In this document: positions 9,120 through 18,199 of the stretch, in pieces
Position numbering within the stretch: position 1 is the first letter of the stretch
How the letters are laid out: every line of letters begins with the position of its first letter
Source of the DNA: an uncultured Lachnospiraceae bacterium
GTDB taxonomy: Bacteria > Bacillota > Clostridia > Lachnospirales > Lachnospiraceae
Length of the DNA stretch: 64,000 nt
NCBI GenBank assembly: GCA_947588995.1
Contig: CANPZI010000003.1
Location: 128,180 to 192,179, forward strand
Direction: 5' to 3'
Notes under the pieces: model-generated
What the model was told of the DNA's origin: nothing
The model's database searches: none
Seen by the model: the letters and a program-made list of their open reading frames with translations, nothing else
Program-made: the position numbers and the translations under genes

Positions 9120-9968
9120 CTAAGGCAGTTCCAGCGTGATTCTGCCGATCCTGCCGTTCCTGAAATCTTCCATCAGCACGGAGGCCGCCTTGTCGTAATC
9201 GGGTTCCTGTCCTTTCTTATAGCACTTGCGGTTCTCGCAGATGTGCGCAAGCACGTCGGCCGCCGTCGTCCGGTCGTCGACACCGCTCATCTGATATCTG
9301 GCCGCGAGCTGCTCCCTGTAGTGCGCAAGCAGATAAACCAGAAGTTCCCCGGCAAGCTGTGTCATCTCCAGAATCTCATCGTTCATGGAACCGATCAGCG
9401 CCAGATTCCGTCCCACTTCTTCGCTCTCGAATTTCGGCCACAGAATCCCCGGCGTATCTAACAGTTCCAGTTCCCTGTTCATGCGGATCCACTGTTTGCC
9501 CTTGGTGACGCCCGGCTTGTTGCCCGTCTTCGTACATGCCTTGCCGGCAAAAGAATTGATGAAAGTGGATTTACCCACATTGGGAATTCCCACCACGATC
9601 GCGCGGATCGGCCTGTTTTTGATCCCCCGTTTTCTGTCCCGCTCGATCTTCTCACGGCACGCTTCCCTGACGATTCCCTGCAGTTCTCTAAGCCCCTGGC
9701 CGCTCTTGGCGTTCACTTCCAGCGCGTGAAAACCTTTATCCTTAAAATGTGTCATCCACAGACGGTTTGCCTCTGCATCGGCCAGGTCTGATTTGTTGAG
9801 CAGAATGACCCTGAACTTATTCCTGCCCAGCTCGTCGATATCCGGATTGCGGCTGCTGATCGGAATCCTGGCGTCCACCAGCTCGATCACGAGATCGATC
9901 AGTCCGATATTTTCCTGCATCATCCTCTTCGCCTTGGTCATATGACCCGGATACCACTGATAATTCAT
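9120..9968 (-). CDS. rbgA: ribosome biogenesis GTPase A (YlqF/RbgA)
   Basis: MNYQWYPGHMTKAKR start typical of YlqF. Circularly permuted G motifs (LLNKSDL ... GIPNVGKST ... DTPG). The tracked ORF extension to 10145 overlaps the upstream lepB and is Arg/Ser-rich. Confidence 0.9.
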   Translation of the reverse strand: MNYQWYPGHMTKAKRMMQENIGLIDLVIELVDARIPISSRNPDIDELGRNKFRVILLNKSDLADAEANRLWMTHFKDKGFHALEVNAKSGQGLRELQGIVREACREKIERDRKRGIKNRPIRAIVVGIPNVGKSTFINSFAGKACTKTGNKPGVTKGKQWIRMNRELELLDTPGILWPKFESEEVGRNLALIGSMNDEILEMTQLAGELLVYLLAHYREQLAARYQMSGVDDRTTAADVLAHICENRKCYKKGQEPDYDKAASVLMEDFRNGRIGRITLELP

Positions 9969-9990
9969 ATGTATACCGATCCTTTCACGG

Positions 9991-10575
9991 TCACTCGACC
10001 GGCCCGATATTTTCCCACTCTCCGGACAGCCTGAACCACGCCTTGCCGACAATAGTGTCTCTCCTGACCGCGCCGATATTGCCGGACCTGCTGTCCTCGC
10101 TGCTGTTTCGGTTGTCTCCCAGCACAAAATATTCGTCCGCCGCAAGCGTCAGCTCGTTCTCCGCGATCCCCGCGTCCGCCATGCTGTCATATTTTTCGTC
10201 CTCCGCAAGCGGCGCGCCGTCCACATACACACGGCCCTCGCGGATCTGTATCGTCTCTCCCGGCAGTCCCACTACCCGTTTTACATAGTAGTGCGAGTTC
10301 TGGTTGCCGTTTGGCAGAAAGACGACCACGTCCCCGCGCTTTGGCGACGACAGCCTGTACAGAACCCTGTTGATCAGGATCTCCTGCCCGCTCAAAAGTC
10401 CCGGCTCCATGGAATCTCCGACGATGCTCGTCTTCATCCCCACCGAGAGAACAATCACAAATGCCAGGAATACGGCGATCACCGCACCGATCAGAGTCTC
10501 AAAGATATCTCTGATCAGCACGGGATTCCATTTTTTCTTTTTCTGATAGAATGTCAGCCCTTTTCTTCTCGCCAC
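9991..10575 (-). CDS. lepB: signal peptidase I (copy 2)
   Basis: GDSMEP, YVKRVVGLPGE, GDNRNSSEDSR boxes. Likely GTG start at 10575, 6 nt after AAGGAG. The tracked start at 10620 is a TTG without an RBS. Confidence 0.85.
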   Translation of the reverse strand: MARRKGLTFYQKKKKWNPVLIRDIFETLIGAVIAVFLAFVIVLSVGMKTSIVGDSMEPGLLSGQEILINRVLYRLSSPKRGDVVVFLPNGNQNSHYYVKRVVGLPGETIQIREGRVYVDGAPLAEDEKYDSMADAGIAENELTLAADEYFVLGDNRNSSEDSRSGNIGAVRRDTIVGKAWFRLSGEWENIGPVE

Positions 10576-10662
10576 AAAGCGCTCCTTTGCCGTAAGCAAT
10601 TGCAAAAACAGATACCTCAAATTTCTTCAAGGTATCTGTCTTCAATCCGCCGGTCACAGGTA

Positions 10663-11010
10663 TTATTTCACGATCTCTTTGACCTTAGCCTTCTTGCCGA
10701 CACGCTGTCTCAGGTAATTCAGCTTCGCGCGTCTCACCTTACCTCTTCTCACAACTTCCACTTTCTCTACGTTGGGAGAATGGAGCGGCCACGTTTTCTC
10801 GACGCCGACACCGTTGGAGACTTTCCTTACCGTGAAAGTCGCCCTGCTGCTTCCGCCCTGTATCTTCAGTACAGTGCCCTCGAAAATCTGGATTCTCTCC
10901 CGATTTCCCTCCTTGATCTTGCCGTATACCTTGACGGTATCGCCAACATTGAAATCGCTGACATTCTCTTTCAGCTGTTCCGCCTCAATTTCTCTGATAA
11001 TATCGTTCAT
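10663..11010 (-). CDS. rplS: 50S ribosomal protein L19
   Basis: [14 protein letters not shown]...FNVGDTVKV...[16 protein letters not shown] 6 nt upstream of the second ATG. Confidence 0.95.
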   Translation of the reverse strand: MNDIIREIEAEQLKENVSDFNVGDTVKVYGKIKEGNRERIQIFEGTVLKIQGGSSRATFTVRKVSNGVGVEKTWPLHSPNVEKVEVVRRGKVRRAKLNYLRQRVGKKAKVKEIVK

Positions 11011-11084
11011 CATCTGCCTCCTATTGATATGGATGTTCTTAATACGTGCCGTAACAGAGGACCATCTTTTTTCGCAACATTAAT

Positions 11085-11113
11085 AATTTAGCATAGATTG
11101 CCGTAAATTGCAA
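11085..11113 (-). promoter_or_regulatory. candidate sigma-A promoter for rplS
   Basis: Minus strand: TTGCAA (11113..11108), 17 nt, TAAATT (11090..11085), in the trmD-rplS gap. Confidence 0.35.
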
Positions 11114-11125
11114 GCCTCTGTTGAT

Positions 11126-11923
11126 TTATTTCTCCCGATTGCTCCCGCTTTCGGCATTCTGCGCCGCCAGATAGGCCTCATACAGATCAGGCCGCAGCTT
11201 TTTGGTCCTCTCGACAGACTGGGCAAGACGCCATGCGTCCACTTTCGCGTGATCGCCGGAGAGCAGGATCTCCGGCACCCGCCTGCCGTGCCATACTTCC
11301 GGTCTGGAATACTGCGGATACTCAAGCAGGCCGTCGTGAAACGTCTCTGTCACGGCGGAATCGTCGTTGTGCAGCACCCCGGGCACCAGTCTGGCGATGG
11401 CATCCACCATCACCATCGCCGGCAGTTCGCCGCCGGTCAGCACATAGTCGCCGATAGAGACATAATCCGTGACGACCTCCTCCAGCACACGCTCGTCGAT
11501 GCCCTCATAGTGGCCGCACAGGAAGATCAGGTCCTCCTCTTCCGCCAGTTCTCTCGCCATCTCCTGACGGAAAGTCCGGCCCTGAGGCGTCACATAGATC
11601 ACCCGCGCCGCCGCGTGCGCCGTCTCTTCGCTCTCCTCCGGCCGCACGCCGACTTCCTGCTCTGCTTTCTCTGCCTGCCTGCGAAGCGCAATCTGCCTCT
11701 GCAGGGCCTGGCACGCGTCATAGACAGGCTGCGCCTGCATCAGCATACCCGCGCCGCCGCCGTAGGTATAGTCATCCACCTTGCCGTGTTTATCCTGCGT
11801 ATAATCCCTTATATTCACCGCATTGAGGGAAATATATCCCTTTTGGGCGGCTCTGCCCAGAATACTGGTGTGCAGTCCCTGCAGCACCATCTCCGGAAAA
11901 AGAGTGAGAATATGAAAATACAT
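11126..11923 (-). CDS. trmD: tRNA (guanine37-N1)-methyltransferase TrmD
   Basis: MYFHILTLFPEM, DDYTYGGGAGM, CGHYEGIDERV, SIGDYVLTGGELPAM. Carries an extra acidic/Ala-rich loop (see findings). Confidence 0.93.
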   Translation of the reverse strand: MYFHILTLFPEMVLQGLHTSILGRAAQKGYISLNAVNIRDYTQDKHGKVDDYTYGGGAGMLMQAQPVYDACQALQRQIALRRQAEKAEQEVGVRPEESEETAHAAARVIYVTPQGRTFRQEMARELAEEEDLIFLCGHYEGIDERVLEEVVTDYVSIGDYVLTGGELPAMVMVDAIARLVPGVLHNDDSAVTETFHDGLLEYPQYSRPEVWHGRRVPEILLSGDHAKVDAWRLAQSVERTKKLRPDLYEAYLAAQNAESGSNREK

Positions 11924-11968
11924 CCTGCGCGCTCCCGTCACAATCCCTGTGTCTCCCCGTATCTGTCT

Positions 11969-12475
11969 CTACAGCAGGCCATCCATGATGTGCACCGTTA
12001 TTTTCCCCTGTTCCATGTCGATCTCTCTGACACATTCCCTGATGACGGGAAGCAGGACTTCGGAACCGTCCTCCCGCGATACCACATAGACATCGTTCGC
12101 CCCCGTCACCAGCACATCCCTGATCTGCCCAAAAGGCTCGCCATCCTCAGTCTCGACCCGCATACCGATCAGATCCGCGATAAAATATTCGTCTTTTTGC
12201 AGCCTGACGGCGTTGTCCCGCGTGACATACAGCCTGGCCTGCCTGTATTTCTCCACATCATTGATGGAATCCAGTCCCTTGAATTTGAGGATCACAAGCT
12301 GTTTGAAGAATTTTACGCTCTCGATGCCGAGACTCTTACGCTCTCTCCCGTCGTCCAGAATGACTTCCTTAAGCTTCTTAAAACGCGCTGCGTCGTCCGT
12401 CGTGGGAAACACCTTGACTTCTCCCCTGACGCCGTGAGGCTGTGTGATCACGCCAACCTGCAGTTCTGAAACCAT
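11969..12475 (-). CDS. rimM: 16S rRNA processing protein RimM
   Basis: LQVGVITQPHGVRGEVKV start region, PRC-barrel C-terminus. GGAGGAGAGG RBS before the ATG at 12475. Confidence 0.9.
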   Translation of the reverse strand: MVSELQVGVITQPHGVRGEVKVFPTTDDAARFKKLKEVILDDGRERKSLGIESVKFFKQLVILKFKGLDSINDVEKYRQARLYVTRDNAVRLQKDEYFIADLIGMRVETEDGEPFGQIRDVLVTGANDVYVVSREDGSEVLLPVIRECVREIDMEQGKITVHIMDGLL

Positions 12476-12543
12476 ACCTCTCCTCCCCGCCCTCACATAA
12501 AAAACAGCCTCATGGTATTCCCTGAGGCTGTCAGTGAAACAAA

Positions 12544-12771
12544 TCAAACAATTTCCACGTCCACTCTCTTGTTGTCCTTTGACGATGCGGCTTTTACCAC
12601 GGAGCGTATCGCCTTGGCGATGCGTCCCTGTTTGCCGATCACTTTACCCATATCCGAGGCCGCGACATGAAGCTCCACAGTGATGTGTCTGCCTTCCTCT
12701 TTCTCGGTCACAACCACCTCATCAGGGTTTTCGACAAGAGCTTTTGCGATCACTTCAACCAATTCTTTCAT
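12544..12771 (-). CDS. KH domain RNA-binding protein (YlqC family)
   Basis: 75 aa. MKELVEVIAKALV...GKVIGKQGRIAKAIR (GXXG KH motif). Conserved position between rpsP and rimM. Confidence 0.9.
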   Translation of the reverse strand: MKELVEVIAKALVENPDEVVVTEKEEGRHITVELHVAASDMGKVIGKQGRIAKAIRSVVKAASSKDNKRVDVEIV

Positions 12772-12825
12772 AGTCCACCTCCAAAAGCCTTGCTGCCTGC
12801 GTACTGATATCGTACCGGCCGGTCA

Positions 12826-13071
12826 CTATTTTGTTATGCCCACGCTCTTGAAAATTCTGCTGACGATCTCTGTCGGCTGAGCACCGTTGTTGAGCCATTT
12901 TTTTGCCGCCTCTTCATCCACCTTGTAGGTGCTGGGATCCGTATTCGGATCGTACGTGCCGATCTCCTCGATGAATCTGCCGTCTCTCGGCGACCTGGAA
13001 TCCGCAACCACAATTCTGTAGAAAGGAGCTTTCTTCTGCCCCATTCTTCTCAATCTGATCTTAACTGCCAT
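12826..13071 (-). CDS. rpsP: 30S ribosomal protein S16
   Basis: [35 protein letters not shown]. Confidence 0.95.
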   Translation of the reverse strand: MAVKIRLRRMGQKKAPFYRIVVADSRSPRDGRFIEEIGTYDPNTDPSTYKVDEEAAKKWLNNGAQPTEIVSRIFKSVGITK

Positions 13072-13122
13072 TTTTCTCTGCCTCCATGTAAAATAATATT
13101 GTTGGTTCTTTATGAGGAAACC

Positions 13123-14490
13123 CTAAAACGGGAACTTCATACCGCCTAAACCGCCGAACATGCCGCGGCCTTTTTTGCCGCCCATCATACCGGGGATCTG
13201 CTTCATCATCTTCTGGGACTGCTCAAACTGCTTGATAAAACGGTTGACCAGCGAGATATCCACACCCGATCCCCTCGCGATCCGCGCCTTGCGGCTGGGA
13301 TTTAACAGTTTGGGATTCTGCCGCTCCGCAGGCGTCATGCTGAGCACGATAGCCTCCATGTGCGCCAGCTGCTTCTCGTCCACCATGGATTCGAGATCGC
13401 CCATCTTGCCGCCCATTCCCGGCAGCATGCCGAGCAGACTTGACAGCCCGCCCATGTTGCGCATCTGCTTCATGCTCTCCAGATAATCCTCGAAGTCAAA
13501 CTTGCCCTTCTTCATGCGGGCGGCCATCTGCTTCTCTTTCTCTTCGTCGATATCGATATTCTGCTGCGCTTTCTCAATCAGCGTCAGCACGTCGCCCATA
13601 CCCAGAATACGGCTTGCCATGCGCTCGGGATAGAACTGTTCCAGATCGGAGAGCTTCTCGCCCATACCGACATACAGAATCGGCCTGCCGGTCACCGCCC
13701 TGACGGAGAGCGCCGCGCCGCCTCGGGAATCGCCGTCCATCTTCGAGAGGACGACTCCGTCGATCCCGATCTTTTCGTCGAAATCTTTGGCCACGTTGAC
13801 GGCGTCCTGACCCGTCATGGCATCCACCACGAGAAGTGTCTGATGCACGGTCACGCTGTCCTTGATCTCCTTTAACTCCGCCATCATCTCCTCATCGATA
13901 TGAAGACGTCCGGCAGTATCCAGAATCACCACATTGTGTCCGTTTTTCTCCGCGTGTTCCAGAGCCGCTTTCGCAATATTGACAGGTCTGTGGTTCTCTC
14001 CCATGGAAAACACGTCCACCTGCTGCTTCTCGCCGTTGATCTGCAGCTGTTTGATCGCCGCCGGCCTGTAGACGTCACAGGCGACGAGCAGCGGCTTCTT
14101 GCCCTTGAGCTTCAGCTTGCCGGCAATTTTCGCCGTGGTAGTGGTCTTACCTGCACCCTGCAGACCGCACATCATGATAACCGTGACTGCCTTGCCCGGC
14201 TGCAGCGTGATCTCCGTCGTCTCGGATCCCATCAGGGCGACCATCTCTTCGTTGACGATCTTGATCACCATCTGACCGGGATTCAGTCCGTTCAGCACAT
14301 CGGCGCCGACGGCCCTCTCCTCCACGGATTTGACAAACTGCTTGACCACCCTGAAATTGACATCCGCCTCCAAGAGCGCCATCTTCACCTCTTTTAACGC
14401 CGTCCTGACGTCCTCCTCGGTGAGGCGGCCCTTGCCTCTTAAGTTCTTGAACACATTCTGCAGTTTGTCTGTAAGACTTTCAAATGCCAT
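13123..14490 (-). CDS. ffh: signal recognition particle protein Ffh
   Basis: N/G domain (GLQGAGKTTT, DTAGR, LSKMDGD) and Met-rich M domain. Confidence 0.95.
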   Translation of the reverse strand: MAFESLTDKLQNVFKNLRGKGRLTEEDVRTALKEVKMALLEADVNFRVVKQFVKSVEERAVGADVLNGLNPGQMVIKIVNEEMVALMGSETTEITLQPGKAVTVIMMCGLQGAGKTTTTAKIAGKLKLKGKKPLLVACDVYRPAAIKQLQINGEKQQVDVFSMGENHRPVNIAKAALEHAEKNGHNVVILDTAGRLHIDEEMMAELKEIKDSVTVHQTLLVVDAMTGQDAVNVAKDFDEKIGIDGVVLSKMDGDSRGGAALSVRAVTGRPILYVGMGEKLSDLEQFYPERMASRILGMGDVLTLIEKAQQNIDIDEEKEKQMAARMKKGKFDFEDYLESMKQMRNMGGLSSLLGMLPGMGGKMGDLESMVDEKQLAHMEAIVLSMTPAERQNPKLLNPSRKARIARGSGVDISLVNRFIKQFEQSQKMMKQIPGMMGGKKGRGMFGGLGGMKFPF

Positions 14491-14560
14491 ATGAGCGTAT
14501 GTCCCTCCAGATACAATCCAGATTCCTGTGCTTCCCGCGGCTGCGATACCCTCCGCGGCG

Positions 14561-14911
14561 CTATAATTCCTGCAAAATCTCCTCGGACAGTCTCTTCACC
14601 TGCGCGCTGTAGGCGGCTGCATCCGCCGCGCCGTCCCCGTACTCCTCGGACAGACATACAATGCTGGCCACTTTATCCTTGATACTCTCAAATTTCTCCA
14701 CCAGGCGCAGTTTTTCCTCATATCCCTGCAGCGCCCTGTCACAGCGCTTCACGATATCGTGCACCGCCTGTCTGCTGACGCCCTCCTCCTCGGCGATCTC
14801 GCCCAGAGAGAGATTGTCGTACACGATAGCCTCGTAGATCCGCCGCTGGTGCTTCGTCAGCAGCTCTCCATAGAAATCATACAATAGACCCTGCTCTACG
14901 ATCTTCTCCAT
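14561..14911 (-). CDS. ylxM: YlxM/p13-like DNA-binding protein (UPF0122)
   Basis: MEKIVEQGLLYDFYGELLTKHQRRIYE...SLGEIAEEEGVSRQAVHD. Immediately upstream of ffh. The tracked start at 14941 is a TTG. Confidence 0.85.
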   Translation of the reverse strand: MEKIVEQGLLYDFYGELLTKHQRRIYEAIVYDNLSLGEIAEEEGVSRQAVHDIVKRCDRALQGYEEKLRLVEKFESIKDKVASIVCLSEEYGDGAADAAAYSAQVKRLSEEILQEL

Positions 14912-14955
14912 GTCAAAACCCCGACCGGACGCTTTCTGCAAAGTCCGACTTCTGC

Positions 14956-14984
14956 ATTGTACTATATCGGAAATATGGTGTCAA
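14956..14984 (-). promoter_or_regulatory. candidate sigma-A promoter for ylxM-ffh
   Basis: Minus strand: TTGACA (14984..14979), 17 nt, TACAAT (14961..14956). Overlaps the stop codon of the upstream MFS gene. Confidence 0.5.
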
Positions 14985-16264
14985 GTATTTTTATTTGACA
15001 GCCATCTGCCTCCCGCCAGGCAGAGCGCGCTCCCGCATACGCCGAGGAGAAACATCACAAGCGCCGCGCCCGATCCCTTGCCGCGCCCGAAACAGATCGC
15101 AAGACAGGCCGCATCCCCATAGGAGGCCATGAAAGGCTCGCACACCCGATCCACCAGAAAACCGCCCAGCAAAAGCCCCGCCGGTATCGTGAAAAACTGC
15201 AGCGTATTGCGGCAGGCATAGACACGCCCCTGCAGTTCCACGGGAATACCCGTCCGGAGAATCACGTCCAGATTGGCATCCATAACCGGCACCAGAATCC
15301 AGCCGATCACCTGTCCGATGCACCACAGCACAGGTTCACGGGAAAAAGCCAGCAGAAAATTCTCGCTGCCGAGAGAAAAGAGCATGGTCAGCCAAATGAC
15401 CCGCACCCTGTCTTTTGGCGGCGGCAGAAAAGAGATCAGCAGGCTGCCGGCGACCATGGCAATCCCCGCGCAGGAAGTCACGATCCCCAGCATGGATGTG
15501 CCGCCTCTGGGATTCGGGATCACATAGCCCGGCAGCGCCGCGTCGAAAGCCGATGCCGTCAGATTGACGCCCGCCATGAACAGAATCAGCTTAAAAAGCA
15601 GCGGATTCTCCCGCAGGAATGTCAGCCCTTCCCGTGCGAGGACAAGCAGCGGTTCGCTTCCCGCAGATTCCTTTTTCGGAATCCTGACGAAAAACAAAAG
15701 CGCCGCAAACGCCGCCGCAAAACTGCACAGATCGAGCGCTACAACGATGGTCAGGCCGGCGAGAGAATATAAGGCCGTCGCGATCAGCGGATGCAGAATA
15801 TCGATCAGGGATCTGGACAGGGATCGCAGGCCGCTTGTCTTCTGATACTCTTTTTCGGGAACGATGAGCGTCATCGCCACCTCGGAAGCCGGCTGCTGCA
15901 GCGTGTTCATCAGCCCATTGACGCCGTTTATGACATAGAGATGCCACACCGCCAGACGCTCCGTCCGAAACAGCGCGTACACAAGGATTGTGCCGAGCGC
16001 CGCCGTCAGGTCGCAGACGAGCATGGTGCGCTTCTTGTCCAGCCTGTCGGCCAGCGCTCCCGCAAAAATGCTCATCAGCACGTACGGCCCGTAAAAGCAT
16101 AGGGAAAGCGCCGCCGTGCTCAGCGAAGACCCGGTCTTTTCATACAGCCATAACGTCAGGGCAAAAGCCGTGATGCTGCTCCCCAGCTGGGAAATGCTCT
16201 GTGTGCTCCACAGAAGCAGGAAATCCCGCAGTTCATAGATTGTATTTTTCTTTTTGGTTTTCAT
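14981..16264 (-). CDS. MFS transporter
   Basis: 427 aa, about 12 hydrophobic segments. GALADRLDKKR loop 2-3 motif typical of the MFS. Confidence 0.8.
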   Translation of the reverse strand: MKTKKKNTIYELRDFLLLWSTQSISQLGSSITAFALTLWLYEKTGSSLSTAALSLCFYGPYVLMSIFAGALADRLDKKRTMLVCDLTAALGTILVYALFRTERLAVWHLYVINGVNGLMNTLQQPASEVAMTLIVPEKEYQKTSGLRSLSRSLIDILHPLIATALYSLAGLTIVVALDLCSFAAAFAALLFFVRIPKKESAGSEPLLVLAREGLTFLRENPLLFKLILFMAGVNLTASAFDAALPGYVIPNPRGGTSMLGIVTSCAGIAMVAGSLLISFLPPPKDRVRVIWLTMLFSLGSENFLLAFSREPVLWCIGQVIGWILVPVMDANLDVILRTGIPVELQGRVYACRNTLQFFTIPAGLLLGGFLVDRVCEPFMASYGDAACLAICFGRGKGSGAALVMFLLGVCGSALCLAGGRWLSNKNT

Positions 16265-16416
16265 TGTCTTTGCTCCTTTTCCTCTTTTCTTTCATCAGTC
16301 AAGAGCAAAGCCTGAGGCTTACGGCATGGCGCCGTTCCTCCATGCAGTCCTCAGACCCCGCATGGAGCTTTTGCAATGCACAGTATCATTTTTTCTTCTC
16401 CTGTGTGCAGATCCGC

Positions 16417-17601
16417 TCACTGCACTCTCTTAGCCACCACCACAAATCTTCCGTCCTGCTCCGAGTTGTCACATGTGGACAAAGTCAGCAGTTCATCCCC
16501 GTAGCTTGCCGTGACGCCGGTGTCGTACAAGGACAGCGCCGCCATCTCCTGCATATCGGATTCAAACTCCTTGGCGGAATCCGCATCCAAAAACTGGTAG
16601 TACTTAAACACGATCTCGTCCTCATTGTAGATGCGGGAACGGAAGACATACATGACCTCATAGGTTCCCTTTTCATAGATCGTATCGAACTGGATCGTCG
16701 CGTGCTTCTTCCCGTAATCCTCGCTGCTGTACAGGTTCAGATTGCCGAACATCTTACCGGACTTCATGTGGTGCCCGTATATAATCAGATTCGTGTTTCT
16801 GTGTACCACGTCGCAGTCCTTATCCAGAAACAGGCTGCCGTTCTTGTCATACTCCTGATCATAATTGTGGTCGAGGTAATACTCGTTGTTGACTGTCTGC
16901 ATCACCGGATAGTCGATATTCGTGCCGTCGATCTTGAGCCAGCCGATCAGACTCTTATTCTTATTGTAGAGTGTCTGGTACTCCGGCAGAACGCTCAGTT
17001 CGACATCCTCCTCATCCGTGTAATGAATCGTCACGGTGGGCGCCTGTCCCGCGGCCAGCGTCGTGCTGCCTTTCAGGCCGGCGAGATCTTCATAGTCCGC
17101 CTCCGTCCTGTCAGCGAAATAGTAATACACGCCGAAGTACGCAAAGCACGCCGCCGCCACGACCGAGCAGAGAATCAGCATGAGCCTGCGGCGTTTTTCG
17201 CGTTTTTTTAGCTCGTCGAGGATGACCGCCTGCATATCTTTGTCGTAATCTTTTAAAGAGATGTTCTTCTTGGTCTTCCCGGACTCTGCGGTTTTGGGCT
17301 TAGCCGCTTTCTTCTCTGCCCTGCGCGCTTTCTTTCCCGCAGCTATCCTGCTGTCCTTGTCGTATCCCTGCTGCTTGAACCGCTGCGCCAGCTCATAGAT
17401 CTCGTCGTCAAAATCATTGCCCACCACAGTTTCAAACCGGTACTTTCCCGCCTGCATCTCCGTATACAGCGTGATGACCTCACCGGGCTGGCGCATATCG
17501 ACCTGCGACCTGATTTTTTCTATTTTGGCCTGATCCCGCAGCGCCGCGCGATAGTCCGCCTCGGTGCGGAATCTTCTGCCGGCAACTTCCAAACCCGGCA
17601 T
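16417..17601 (-). CDS. srtB: class B sortase with about 140-aa cytoplasmic N-terminal extension
   Basis: Catalytic His (LIIYGHHMKSG), Cys (TLSTCDN) and Arg (GRFVVVAKR). Single TM LMLILCSVVAAACFAYFGVYYYF at about aa 139. AAGGAGAG RBS. Confidence 0.8.
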   Translation of the reverse strand: MPGLEVAGRRFRTEADYRAALRDQAKIEKIRSQVDMRQPGEVITLYTEMQAGKYRFETVVGNDFDDEIYELAQRFKQQGYDKDSRIAAGKKARRAEKKAAKPKTAESGKTKKNISLKDYDKDMQAVILDELKKREKRRRLMLILCSVVAAACFAYFGVYYYFADRTEADYEDLAGLKGSTTLAAGQAPTVTIHYTDEEDVELSVLPEYQTLYNKNKSLIGWLKIDGTNIDYPVMQTVNNEYYLDHNYDQEYDKNGSLFLDKDCDVVHRNTNLIIYGHHMKSGKMFGNLNLYSSEDYGKKHATIQFDTIYEKGTYEVMYVFRSRIYNEDEIVFKYYQFLDADSAKEFESDMQEMAALSLYDTGVTASYGDELLTLSTCDNSEQDGRFVVVAKRVQ

Positions 17602-17828
17602 GTAGATCTCTCCTTTTACCTGTCTTTATCGTTTCGGCTCCGTCCCGTCTTCCCGGCAGTCCGACTCGCCGAAGCTTCCGTACACCGGCCGCCGTTACGT
17701 TATCTTTGGCCGCCGTACAGCATCATTCTACTATATCCTGAGATTTATGCAAGTGGTTGCCGCAAATTTGTCACCAACCCGCGCGGCACACATAAGATAT
17801 ACCATAAACAACATTTGGAGGCTTAACA

Positions 17829-18065
17829 ATGAGCGATTTATCAGCAACTCAGTGCGGATGCAACAACAATAACGGCGGATTTTTCAGCAACAACGGCAAC
17901 GGCGGCGGGTGCTGCTCCCTGATCTGGATCCTCCTGCTCTTATCCGCCTGCGGCAGTGACAATGACACAAACGGCATCAGCCTGTTTGGCGGAAACGGCA
18001 ACGGCAGCGGATGCTGCAACACACTGATCTGGTTACTGCTCCTTTCCAGCTGCTGCGGCAACTGA
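17829..18065 (+). CDS. Cys/Asn/Gly-rich small membrane protein with internal tandem duplication (function unknown)
   Basis: 78 aa. GGAGG 7 nt upstream of the ATG. Two repeats GNGGGCCSLIWILLLLSACG / GNGSGCCNTLIWLLLLSSCCG. Followed by a hairpin terminator. Confidence 0.65.
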   Translation: MSDLSATQCGCNNNNGGFFSNNGNGGGCCSLIWILLLLSACGSDNDTNGISLFGGNGNGSGCCNTLIWLLLLSSCCGN

Positions 18066-18108
18066 TTTACGCAGACACTCCCCTTTACCCATCTTTTTTC
18101 ACATGTGG

Positions 18109-18142
18109 AAAAATAGGCTTCGGTTTTGTCGGAGCCTATTTT
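18109..18142 (+). terminator. Rho-independent terminator after the Cys-rich mini-gene
   Basis: 11-bp stem 18112..18122 / 18130..18140 (AATAGGCTTCG / CGGAGCCTATT, one G-U pair), 7-nt loop, short T tract. Confidence 0.55.
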
Positions 18143-18199
18143 CCGCAGCGGGAACATATACTGTAGAGAACCGGCAGGCATCGGAAAGGCGCGCTCCCC

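Noticed and set aside
9969-10145. N-terminal 59-aa extension of the rbgA ORF.
   Set aside because: It overlaps the 3' end of lepB copy 2 and is Arg/Ser/Gly-rich. YlqF homologues start at MNYQWYPGHM, which is the internal ATG at 9968.
11014-11125. Possible L19 (rplS) ribosomal-protein leader. AACAGAGG (near 11114..11121) is complementary to CCTCTGTT (near 11053..11060).
   Set aside because: The pairing spans the putative promoter itself. I cannot recall the Rfam L19-leader consensus well enough to match it, so this is left as unverified.
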